From the NCBI GenBank assembly GCA_964465665.1, contig CAYXKM010000285.1, forward strand, positions 1,435-65,434: DNA of 64,000 bases, read 5' to 3'. The notes under the pieces were generated by a model, which did not search any database, was not told the origin of the DNA, and worked only from the letters and a program-made list of their open reading frames with translations. This DNA comes from an uncultured Woeseiaceae bacterium (GTDB lineage: Bacteria > Pseudomonadota > Gammaproteobacteria > Steroidobacterales > Woeseiaceae). A program made the translations under genes and the position numbers. Of the stretch, positions 50,891 to 59,632 are shown in pieces (position 1 is the stretch's first letter; each line of letters opens with the position of its first letter).

Positions 50891-52711
50891 ATGCGGAACA
50901 AGACTGTACGCGTAACCATGGCCCAGGCCCTGGTGAAGTATCTCGCTGCACAACGCATCGAAGTCGACGGTGCGCCGGTGTCACTCTTCGCCGGCATGTT
51001 TGCGATCTTCGGGCACGGCAACGTGGCAGGGCTCGGCGAAGCCCTGCAAGACGAGCGTGGACGCATGCCCGTGTATCGCGCGCACAATGAGCAGGCGATG
51101 GCACATGCCGCGATCGCGTTCGCCAAAGCGAGCAAGCGCCGACGCATGATGGCGTGCACTACATCGGTCGGCCCCGGTGCAACCAACATGGTGACCGCGG
51201 CGGCGCTCGCGCATGTCAATCGCCTGCCGGTACTCCTGCTGCCAGGCGACACTTTTGCCAGCCGCCGGCCGGACCCGGTGCTGCAGCAAATCGAATCCTT
51301 TGCAGAGCCTTCGATCAGCGCGAACGATTGCTTTCGCCCGGTGGTGCGTTTCTGGGATCGTATAGTACGTCCCGAGCAACTACTGGCGTCGCTGCCGCAG
51401 GCGCTTTCGGTGCTGACCGACCCGGCCGACTGCGGCCCGGCCCTGCTTGCGTTGCCGCAAGACGTGCAAGCGGAAGCGTTCGAGTACCCGGCCGGATTTT
51501 TCAACGAAACCCTGCACGTCGTTGCGCGACCGCGTGCGGACAGTGCAGCCATCGCGCGCGCGGCGGCAGAACTGCGCACAGCAAAGCGTCCGATGATCAT
51601 CGCCGGCGGCGGTGTGCACTACGCCGATGCCAATGGTGTGCTCGCGGATTTCAGCAGCCGGCACAGCATCCCGGTTGCCGAGACGCAAGCCGGCAAAGGG
51701 GCATTGCCCTGGGACCATCCCCTGAACGCCGGGGCCATCGGCGTCACCGGCAGCTCCGCGGCAAACCGCCTCGCAGCCGAAGCGGACCTGATTATTGCCA
51801 TCGGCACACGGCTGCAGGATTTCACCACGGCGTCGCAAACTTTGTTTGCCGATAACGCTGCATTTGTTGCCATCAACGTCTGTCGGCACGATGCCATCAA
51901 GCGCAAGGCAATGGCCTTGCGTGGAGATGCGGCCGCAACCCTCGAGGACCTGCAATCGCAGCTCGGGGGTTACAGCAGCGACACGGATTGGAAAAAACTC
52001 ACGGTGACGGCGATTGGCGAATGGCAGAATGATGTCGATGCAGCGATTCTCGCGCCGGCCGAGGGATTACCTGGCGACGCAGCCGTTATCGGTGCCGTCA
52101 ACAAACTGAGCACTGCGGCGACCACCGTGGTGTGCGCAGCAGGCGGACTGCCCGGTGAGTTGCACAAATTGTGGCGGGCGAGCGGACCCGACAGTTACCA
52201 CCTCGAGTACGGTTATTCCTGCATGGGCTACGAGATTGCGGGCGGGCTTGGCGTCAAAATGGCGAAGCCGGATCGCGAAGTCATCGTGCTGGTCGGCGAC
52301 GGCAGTTACCTGATGCTCAATTCGGAGATCGCGACCTCGATCGCACTCGGGCAGAAGATCATCATCATCGTGCTCGACAATCGAGGTTTCGGTTGCATCA
52401 ACCGTCTGCAGCAATCCTGCGGCGGCGACGCCTACAACAATCTCCTGGATTTACAGCCGCGGGTCGATTTCGTGATGCACGCGAGGTCACTGGGCGCGGA
52501 CGCAACGCTTGCAGCGAATCTCGTCGAACTCGCGCAGGCGCTTGATGCGGCACGCGGGGCCGATCGGACCAGCGTCATCGTCATCGAGACCGATCCAGCT
52601 CAGTCCACTGCTGCTGGTGGCGCCTGGTGGGACGTGCCGGTTGCTGAAGTCTCGGACAGCAAGAAGGTGCGCGATGCCTATCGCCGCTATGAAAAGGAAC
52701 GCAAGCAATGA
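50891..52711 (+). CDS. iolD: 3D-(3,5/4)-trihydroxycyclohexane-1,2-dione acylhydrolase (ThDP enzyme)
   Basis: ORF 50891..52711. The N-terminus (TVRVTMAQALVKYLAAQ) and the ThDP motif (GDGSYLMLNSE) are typical of IolD. Confidence 0.9.
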   Translation: MRNKTVRVTMAQALVKYLAAQRIEVDGAPVSLFAGMFAIFGHGNVAGLGEALQDERGRMPVYRAHNEQAMAHAAIAFAKASKRRRMMACTTSVGPGATNMVTAAALAHVNRLPVLLLPGDTFASRRPDPVLQQIESFAEPSISANDCFRPVVRFWDRIVRPEQLLASLPQALSVLTDPADCGPALLALPQDVQAEAFEYPAGFFNETLHVVARPRADSAAIARAAAELRTAKRPMIIAGGGVHYADANGVLADFSSRHSIPVAETQAGKGALPWDHPLNAGAIGVTGSSAANRLAAEADLIIAIGTRLQDFTTASQTLFADNAAFVAINVCRHDAIKRKAMALRGDAAATLEDLQSQLGGYSSDTDWKKLTVTAIGEWQNDVDAAILAPAEGLPGDAAVIGAVNKLSTAATTVVCAAGGLPGELHKLWRASGPDSYHLEYGYSCMGYEIAGGLGVKMAKPDREVIVLVGDGSYLMLNSEIATSIALGQKIIIIVLDNRGFGCINRLQQSCGGDAYNNLLDLQPRVDFVMHARSLGADATLAANLVELAQALDAARGADRTSVIVIETDPAQSTAAGGAWWDVPVAEVSDSKKVRDAYRRYEKERKQ

Positions 52712-53583
52712 ACGTGCGCATCGGCATCAATCCGTTGACCTGGAGCAACGATGACCTGCCCGCGCTCGGTGCCGATATATCGCTGGAGACCTGCTTCAGC
52801 GAAGCGGCGGCGGCGGGTTATGCGGGCGTCGAACTCGGACACAAGTTTCCGCGGCAGCCAAAGGTCCTGGGTCCGTTGCTGGCGAATCACGGACTCGAGC
52901 TCGTCTCCGGCTGGTACAGCATGCGTTTGCTGGAGCGCGACGCAGAAGCGGAATTCGCCGCCATGCAGCCGCACTTCGAATTGCTCGCAGCGCTCGGCAG
53001 CAATGTAATGGTCTGCGCGGAAGTAACAGCCTGTGTGCATTCCGACATCAACGCGCGTCTCTCGGGCCGGCCGCAGTTGCCAAAAAACGCTTTCGATAAG
53101 CTTGCCTCACGACTCTCGGAACTCGCCAAACGCATGCGCGAGCGCGGCATGCGACTCGCCTATCACCACCACATGGGCACCGTGGTGCAAAGCGAGGCAG
53201 AAATCGACACGCTGATGGAAAGTTGCACGCCGGAAGTCGAGCTGCTGCTGGACACGGGCCATCTTGCGTTTGCCGGCGGTGATCCGGTGCGCGTCGCGAC
53301 GATATATGCACCGCGCATTGCACATGTGCACTGCAAGGATATACGTCCCGATGTGCTGCGACGCGTGCTGAATCGCGATACGAGCTTCCTCGAAGCCGTG
53401 CTGCAGGGTGTATTCACCGTCCCGGGCGACGGCAGCATCGACTACGACAAGGTGTTCGTGCCCTTGCGGGAATCGAATTACGCAGGCTGGCTGGTGGTCG
53501 AGGCCGAGCAGGATCCCGCAATCGCCGACCCCGTTACCTACGCCAGCAAAGGCTACGCCACGTTGCAGCGCCTCAGCAGCTAA
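52708..53583 (+). CDS. iolE: Inosose dehydratase
   Basis: ORF 52708..53583, with an ATGA overlap with iolD. N-terminus is IGINPLTWSNDDLP. Xylose-isomerase-like TIM barrel. Confidence 0.9.
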   Translation: MNVRIGINPLTWSNDDLPALGADISLETCFSEAAAAGYAGVELGHKFPRQPKVLGPLLANHGLELVSGWYSMRLLERDAEAEFAAMQPHFELLAALGSNVMVCAEVTACVHSDINARLSGRPQLPKNAFDKLASRLSELAKRMRERGMRLAYHHHMGTVVQSEAEIDTLMESCTPEVELLLDTGHLAFAGGDPVRVATIYAPRIAHVHCKDIRPDVLRRVLNRDTSFLEAVLQGVFTVPGDGSIDYDKVFVPLRESNYAGWLVVEAEQDPAIADPVTYASKGYATLQRLSS

Positions 53584-53588
53584 ACCCG

Positions 53589-53722
53589 CCTGTAGGAGCG
53601 CGCATTGCGCGCGACCTTTTGCCTCGGACATCGCAGCATGCCGGCACCACGCCGGTCTGCCCTTCGTCAAACTGCGGTGCCTGTATGTAGTAGTGGCCGG
53701 CAATGCAGGCTCCTGCGGTCGC
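53589..53722. repeat. Pair of inverted REP-like units in a convergent gap
   Basis: Unit 1 at 53589-53616 is CCTGTAGGAGCGCGCATTGCGCGCGACC. Unit 2 at 53695-53722 is GGCCGGCAATGCAGGCTCCTGCGGTCGC, in opposite orientation. A related unit lies at 59508-59540. Confidence 0.6.
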
Positions 53723-53728
53723 ACTGAT

Positions 53729-55777
53729 TCAGTCGAGCTGCAATGCCAGTTTCACGTCGGTCCAGGAGACGAACTTGAAGTTTTGTGGTTCTTCGGGCGC
53801 GACGTTGCGGCCGTCCTGTACCACCAGCAAGCCGTCGGGAAATGCCGGTCCGAATCCCGAACTCGAGACGTCGAGGCCGTCCGTTTCCGATGCGCCATCG
53901 ATGCCTGCGGCGGCATTGGCGACGATGTGGAAATGACCCACGTAGGCGTTGTCGCCATCTCGACGGTACAGGACATAGTTGTCGGCTCCCTGGTTTGAAA
54001 CCACGAGGTAGCCGCCGCCGTCAGGACCGGTCCACAAAGCCAGACCCTCGACGTCGTCTGTCAGCCGCCCGTCTTCGGTGTTGTCGATGAGCGTGCGTGC
54101 GTCGCCGCCATCGGGTTCCGCCGAATACTTCCATACGCCGACGTCTTCTTCCGCGACATACAGGATGCCGGTCTCGTCATCGGCGACGCAGCCTTCAGCC
54201 TGCGTGCCCACGACGAACTCGCGAACCTGCTCAATGGCTACTTTGCCGTTGCCGTCATCAAACAGGCGCCATTGACGAAATGTGCCGAGATCGCTTTCAT
54301 TGATGAACACAAAAAACTCGCCGGATGTTCTGCTGCGATACATGCACTGGCCGTAGGGATCCTGGAAGCCGGTCGGCAGCACGCCGGCGGCGACATCGAT
54401 CAGCTGGCGGGAACCGGTGTCGATGCGATATGCGGCGATGCTGTCGTTGCTGCGGTTACTCGCTGTGACCAGCGTTACCGCCTCTCCGCCGAGCGGAAAG
54501 TCATAACGCAGATCGACATTGTTCATCTTGCCGTCCGGCAAGACCTGCAGGGTTTTGCCATTGAGGTCGTAAACGTGTAACCCCGCCTGCTTGTTGGTAC
54601 CAATCACGAGACTCAGCGTCGGATCGTCTGGATGCACCCAGATCGCGGGATCGTCTGCCGCGTCGCCAAGACTCGGCATCACGTCAGTTTCAACCAGCGG
54701 GCGTACGACAGCGGGACGCGAATACTCGGGCTCTGCGGCTGCCGTCTTTAACCCGCCGGCGCGCGCCAGCAATTCCCATGCAATGAGCTTGAGATTTGGC
54801 CCGCCGGCGGAACCGGACTCATCGGCAACGGCCAGCACGCCACCGGGATACGCATCGGCAAAATTCGAGGTTGTAACGGTCACTCCCTCCGGCTCGACGA
54901 GGCCGTCCGCGGCGAAGGTCGCGATCCGTGCGCCGTCGGGCAACCGGTAAGTCAGCAGTTCGCCGGAGCTGGCATCCGCGACCAGCAGATAGGAAAGATC
55001 CGCATCCACCGGGTAAACAGCGACGCCTTTCAAGTCGTCGCCAAGCATGCCCCAGGGTGCCCGCAGGTCGAGGATTTCACGCGTCGTATCGCTCTCTGGC
55101 TCCGCGCCGAAGCGCCAGATCCCGGTTGCTTCGTCACTGACGTACAGCATGCCGTCGCGCGGATCGACGGCGCAGAAACCGCTGCCTTTGCCGGAGGGAA
55201 AACTGCGCAGCTGGGTCGCGCTGATAGTCCCGTTCGCTTCGAACATTTCGTATTGGAAGACCAGCCCGGCATCGGTCACGGCGTACAGATAGTCGCTTCC
55301 CGAAAGCCGGCTGCGATAATGACAAAGTCCGACAACTTCGTCGTAATGGGCAATCGGTTCCTGCATCAGGGATTTCAGCTCCAACGATTCCGGGTCGAAT
55401 GTGTAAGCACCCGTCGTCGACGTCGCTGCGTCGTGAACGACGACCAGCGGACTGCTGGCGCCACCGAGCACGACGTCGGAGACCAGGGCCACCAGGCTGG
55501 CTTCGAGGTTCGCTACGTTGCCGGCACGGCGGCCGTCCGTTGTGTAGATCTCCAGTCCCGCGATGCCGGCTGCGGCAAGGATGTATGCGTTGCCGGAGGC
55601 GTCCGACCAGAACGCGGCATTCACCGGTGCGGCATACTCGACCGCCGGGGTATTGGCGCTGACGGCGACCTGTCTTGCGGATTCACCCGGTGTGTCCGTG
55701 GCCAGTTCGGGCTCGCAAGGCGCACCGCAAGCGCCGGCGAGGGCGGTCGTAATGACTATCAAGCCTATGTTTTTCAT
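53729..55777 (-). CDS. Tandem (two-domain) beta-propeller phytase lipoprotein
   Basis: ORF 53729..55795 trimmed to the ATG at 55777 (GAGGAG RBS). Lipobox ALAGAC. The C-terminal domain carries DAADDPAIW (nt 54638-54664), as in Bacillus PhyC-type 3-phytases. The N-terminal domain lacks it. Confidence 0.88.
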   Translation of the reverse strand: MKNIGLIVITTALAGACGAPCEPELATDTPGESARQVAVSANTPAVEYAAPVNAAFWSDASGNAYILAAAGIAGLEIYTTDGRRAGNVANLEASLVALVSDVVLGGASSPLVVVHDAATSTTGAYTFDPESLELKSLMQEPIAHYDEVVGLCHYRSRLSGSDYLYAVTDAGLVFQYEMFEANGTISATQLRSFPSGKGSGFCAVDPRDGMLYVSDEATGIWRFGAEPESDTTREILDLRAPWGMLGDDLKGVAVYPVDADLSYLLVADASSGELLTYRLPDGARIATFAADGLVEPEGVTVTTSNFADAYPGGVLAVADESGSAGGPNLKLIAWELLARAGGLKTAAAEPEYSRPAVVRPLVETDVMPSLGDAADDPAIWVHPDDPTLSLVIGTNKQAGLHVYDLNGKTLQVLPDGKMNNVDLRYDFPLGGEAVTLVTASNRSNDSIAAYRIDTGSRQLIDVAAGVLPTGFQDPYGQCMYRSRTSGEFFVFINESDLGTFRQWRLFDDGNGKVAIEQVREFVVGTQAEGCVADDETGILYVAEEDVGVWKYSAEPDGGDARTLIDNTEDGRLTDDVEGLALWTGPDGGGYLVVSNQGADNYVLYRRDGDNAYVGHFHIVANAAAGIDGASETDGLDVSSSGFGPAFPDGLLVVQDGRNVAPEEPQNFKFVSWTDVKLALQLD

Positions 55778-55823
55778 AGTTTTATTGCTCCTCACGGGAC
55801 TACCCGGTCGCTGACTTAAGTGC

Positions 55824-55853
55824 TGGAATATGTATTTTACTTTCTATTATAAT
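55824..55853 (+). promoter_or_regulatory. Candidate sigma-70 promoter for the MFS operon
   Basis: TGGAAT (55824-29), 18 nt spacer, TATAAT (55848-53), within an AT-rich divergent gap. Confidence 0.3.
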
Positions 55854-55970
55854 CGAATGAAAATTTCAAATGCCTCGGGGTGGGGGCGGCGCGGGTCGGC
55901 AACCCGGCCAGCGTCCGCGCCGGTGATTCGCAACGAAACCGTCTTCGGACTGCAGGATACTTAGCCGACC

Positions 55971-57317
55971 GTGCGAAAACTCATGCAATTGTTTGCCACC
56001 GGTGCCGATCAGCCATCGATCACGGACCGCGCCACGGTCGACGGCCTGTACCGCCGTCACCGGATGCGTATCCTGATCGCGATCACGCTGGGCTACGGAC
56101 TCGCTTATACCTGCCGGCTGGCCCTGTCGGTCGTAAAAAAGCCGCTGCTGGACGAGGGCATATTCACGCCCATCGAACTCGGCATGATCGGTGCCGCGCT
56201 GTTCTATGCCTACGCCTTCGGCAAGCTCGTGAACGGCTTCCTCGCCGACCACGCCAACATGAAAGTTTTCTTCGCCTTCGGCCTGCTGCTGTCGGCGCTC
56301 GCCAACATCGGCATGGGCTTCTCCACCGTGCTGTGGGTTTGCATCGTGTTGTGGGCGCTGAACGGCTGGTTCCAGGGATTCGGCGCGCCTGCCGGCATCG
56401 TCGCGCTGGCGAGCTGGTTCAGCAACAGCGAGCGCGGCCGTTACTACGGTATATGGAGTACCGCGCATTCACTCGGCGAAGGACTGACTTTCGTGGCGGT
56501 TGCAGCACTGGTCGCAACTTTCGGCTGGCGCTTCGGTTTCTGGACGCCTGGAGTGTTGTGTGTATTCGTCGCGGCGGCAATTTATTTCCTGATGCAGGAC
56601 CGTCCGCGCACGCTGGGATTGCCGGACGTCAACGACTGGCATGGCGATCGCTGGGGTCCGCCCGCGGCACAGGAAACTCGGTCCAGCCTGTGGAAAACGC
56701 AGTTGTCGATCCTGGTGCTGCCGTCAATCTGGATATTGGGCCTCGCCAGCGCCACAAACTACGTGGTGCGTTACGCGATCAACAGCTGGGGAATTCTGTA
56801 CTTGCAGGAAGGCCGCGGCTATTCGCTGGTGGAGGCCGGCACGCTGCTGATGGTCAACACGATTGCCGGCCTGATCGGTTGCATCCTGTTCGGCTACATC
56901 TCGGACAAAGCCTTCGGCGCGCGGCGACCGCCCGCCAATTTCCTGTTTGCCATCGTCGAGATCATTGCGCTCATATTGATTTTTTACGGCCCGCAAAACA
57001 CGGCCATGCTGTACTTCGCCTTCGTCCTGTACGGCATCGGCCTGAATGGCCTGGTGACGTCGCTCGGCGGCCTGTTCGGCGCCGATATCGTGCCGAAACG
57101 GGCGGTCGGTGCGGTCATGGGGTTCGTCGGTATTTTCAGTTACATCGGCGCCGGTATCCAGGAAAACGTGAGTGGCTACCTGATCCAAAAGGGCAGCAGC
57201 ACGGTCGATGGCGTGCGCGTATACGACTTCAGCGAAGTCATCATTTTCTGGCTGGCCGCATCCGTGGTGTCGATGTTGCTCGCGGCTACCCTGTGGCGCG
57301 TGCGGTTGCGTGACTGA
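55971..57317 (+). CDS. MFS transporter, organophosphate:Pi antiporter (UhpC/GlpT/PgtP-like)
   Basis: ORF 55971..57317 (GTG start, alternative ATG at 55983). OPA-type blocks GYGLAYTCR, GKLVNGFLADH and WFSNSERGRYYGIWSTAHSLGE. Confidence 0.85.
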   Translation: MRKLMQLFATGADQPSITDRATVDGLYRRHRMRILIAITLGYGLAYTCRLALSVVKKPLLDEGIFTPIELGMIGAALFYAYAFGKLVNGFLADHANMKVFFAFGLLLSALANIGMGFSTVLWVCIVLWALNGWFQGFGAPAGIVALASWFSNSERGRYYGIWSTAHSLGEGLTFVAVAALVATFGWRFGFWTPGVLCVFVAAAIYFLMQDRPRTLGLPDVNDWHGDRWGPPAAQETRSSLWKTQLSILVLPSIWILGLASATNYVVRYAINSWGILYLQEGRGYSLVEAGTLLMVNTIAGLIGCILFGYISDKAFGARRPPANFLFAIVEIIALILIFYGPQNTAMLYFAFVLYGIGLNGLVTSLGGLFGADIVPKRAVGAVMGFVGIFSYIGAGIQENVSGYLIQKGSSTVDGVRVYDFSEVIIFWLAASVVSMLLAATLWRVRLRD

Positions 57318-57341
57318 AGCGATCTTCCAACGGAGAACTGT

Positions 57342-58226
57342 GTGCATTCCTACGACCTCGTCACGATCGGCAACTACACGAAAGACACAATCGTCACCCG
57401 CAAGGGAACGCGCCACGTCGACGGCGGCGGCTACAGTTATGCAGCGCACGCCGCGAAGCTCAGGGGAATCTCGGTTGGCGCGGTAACGCGACTGGCAGCC
57501 GACGATCGCAAATCAACCGATGCTCTGCGCACCAAAGGGATCGAGGTGCACATTTTCGAATCGCCGCAATCGACCTTGATGCGCCTCGAATACCCGACCG
57601 ACAATGTCGACGAACGTACGCTCACCGTGGCAGCAGTGGCCGAACCGTTCACAGCCGAGTTGCTGAAGCCGTTTTATGCCCGCGCAATCATCGTCAATGG
57701 TTCTGCGCGCGGTGAAGCCTCGCTCGAGGTCATGCAATCGCTGAAGAAAAAAGGCGGGAAACTTTGCGCCGATGTGCAGGGTTTCGTGCGCATCGTGACC
57801 GGGGATGGTCGCCTGAAGTACGAGCGATGGCCCGAGCAATCTGCAATCCTGTCGCTGGTCGATATGCTGAAGACCGACGCGGTGGAAGCCGAGTTCCTTA
57901 CCGGTGAGTCCGACATACACCGCGCCGCTGCAGCGCTTGCCGGTGACGGTCCGTCCGAGGTCGTGCTTACACATCGCGACGGGGTGCTGGTGCTTTCGGA
58001 TGGCAGCTATTTCGAAGCAGGGTTTCACCCGGAGGAGTTGCGCGGTCGCAGCGGACGCGGCGATACCTGCATGGGTTCCTACGTGTCTTGCCGGCTGGAC
58101 GCTTCCGCCAACGAAGCGACGGTTTGGGCCGCCGCAGTTACCAGCCTGAAAATGGAGCGGGAAGGCCCGGTCATGTGCTCGCGCGAGGACGTCGAAGCGC
58201 TCATCGCGCGGCGTTACTCCGCATAA
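57342..58226 (+). CDS. PfkB-family carbohydrate kinase, divergent
   Basis: ORF 57342..58226 with a GTG start. Has a GG motif (VDGGGYSY) and C-terminal GRGDTCMGSY in place of the canonical DTxGAGDxxxGA. Confidence 0.8.
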   Translation: MHSYDLVTIGNYTKDTIVTRKGTRHVDGGGYSYAAHAAKLRGISVGAVTRLAADDRKSTDALRTKGIEVHIFESPQSTLMRLEYPTDNVDERTLTVAAVAEPFTAELLKPFYARAIIVNGSARGEASLEVMQSLKKKGGKLCADVQGFVRIVTGDGRLKYERWPEQSAILSLVDMLKTDAVEAEFLTGESDIHRAAAALAGDGPSEVVLTHRDGVLVLSDGSYFEAGFHPEELRGRSGRGDTCMGSYVSCRLDASANEATVWAAAVTSLKMEREGPVMCSREDVEALIARRYSA

Positions 58227-58245
58227 GATAAGAGAGGATTTTGTC

Positions 58246-59505
58246 ATGCCTGCCCGCATCATCGTCGTTGCCGCACTAACGCTCGCTGCCTGCAGCGGCA
58301 TTGCCACTTCGCCCGATTCGCAACCGCCGCTCAGCATTCTGGTGTTTGGCGATACCGGCTATGACTACAACTGGCTGGAAGCCGAGGATTACGAGAACGC
58401 GTTTACCGCCCGCGAGTTCGTCGTTTACGAACTCGATGACTGGCTCGAAGACAATCGGCCGATCGAGGATTTCGACCCGCCGCCGATGCATTTTGCAGAG
58501 CAGACCGGCGGCTACGTGGAGAGGAGCGGCATGTGGCCCGTGTCCAAAGCCATGCAAGCGTGGTGCGCCGCAGCGGAGCGCTGCAGATTCGGCGTCATGC
58601 TGGGGGACAACATCTACGATGCTGGCGCAACCGTTGGCGCCGACGGGCGCGACGATGCCGAAAGATTCGAGGAACTGCTGAATCTGCCGTACAAGGGCTT
58701 GCAGGAACAGGATCCGGAGTTCGTCATTTACCCGGTGCTCGGCAATCACGACTGGGATACTTCGCGCGAGGGCGCAATCGCGCAGCTGGAATATATGCAG
58801 CAATCACCGCTGTATGCGATGGGCAACTTCTATTACCGGGCGAAGCCATCGCCGGATGTGGAAGTGTTCGCCATCGATACGACTTTGCTGTTGAACGCCG
58901 AGACAGTGTACGACGATGCCGTCGCCCCGGATGGCACACCGATAGATACCGGTGAGGAAGACAATGACGAACCTTGGGCCATGCCGCTGGGCGACGAGGC
59001 GCGCATGCTCGTTTGGCTCGAAGAATCGCTCGCGCAATCGGATGCGCGCTGGAAGCTGGTCATCGGCCATCACCCGATCTGGTCCTCGTCCGGCACCAAG
59101 CAGGAGGAAGCGAACGTGCTGCGCCGCCTTCTGATGCCGGTGCTGTGTCGATACGCCGACGCTTACCTGGTGGGCCACGATCACACGCTGGAAATTCATA
59201 CCGATGATTGCCGCACGGAAGGGGAGCGTTACCGAGACGCGCCGCCGTTGTTGCAGTTGATCTCCGGCGCAGGCGCAAAGCAACGGCCAGTGCACAGGCC
59301 TTTCATGGCCTGGCAGGACCGCGAGTATCCACAGAAGACCACGTGGTTTGCCGAGGGCATGCTCTGGGGTTTCGCTGAACTGGTGCTGACCGATGAGACC
59401 GCGACCGTGCACCTCGTGACCACGCCTGAAAACGGCAGCGGCGAGACGCAACTCGAGTTCAGCAAGGAATTCCTGCGCCGATCCGGACGACTGCCGGCTT
59501 TGTGA
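58246..59505 (+). CDS. Lipoprotein metallophosphoesterase (acid-phosphatase-like)
   Basis: ORF 58246..59505. Lipobox LTLAAC. Motifs GDTGYD, GDNIYD, GNHDWD, GHHPIWSS and GHDHTLE. Confidence 0.85.
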   Translation: MPARIIVVAALTLAACSGIATSPDSQPPLSILVFGDTGYDYNWLEAEDYENAFTAREFVVYELDDWLEDNRPIEDFDPPPMHFAEQTGGYVERSGMWPVSKAMQAWCAAAERCRFGVMLGDNIYDAGATVGADGRDDAERFEELLNLPYKGLQEQDPEFVIYPVLGNHDWDTSREGAIAQLEYMQQSPLYAMGNFYYRAKPSPDVEVFAIDTTLLLNAETVYDDAVAPDGTPIDTGEEDNDEPWAMPLGDEARMLVWLEESLAQSDARWKLVIGHHPIWSSSGTKQEEANVLRRLLMPVLCRYADAYLVGHDHTLEIHTDDCRTEGERYRDAPPLLQLISGAGAKQRPVHRPFMAWQDREYPQKTTWFAEGMLWGFAELVLTDETATVHLVTTPENGSGETQLEFSKEFLRRSGRLPAL

Positions 59506-59507
59506 CC

Positions 59508-59540
59508 GGTCGCCTGCAGTGCAGGCTCCTACAGCGCGAC
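59508..59540. repeat. REP-like unit related to 53589-53722
   Basis: GGTCGCCTGCAGTGCAGGCTCCTACAGCGCGAC. It shares GCTCCTACAG with the reverse complement of unit 1, and TGCAGGCTCCT.C.G with unit 2. Confidence 0.55.
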
Positions 59541-59632
59541 TTCCGGCAATGTGAATTCGGCGGTCGCGCGTAACCCTTTGATTGCTGCATCGCGGATAGC
59601 GCGGTGAACCGGTCCTCACTTACCCTCGGCCG

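Noticed and set aside
55880-57313. 477-aa forward ORF in a different frame from the MFS transporter
   Set aside because: It is Arg/Gly/Pro-rich and not hydrophobic. The overlapping 55971..57317 frame encodes a canonical 12-TM OPA-type MFS protein.
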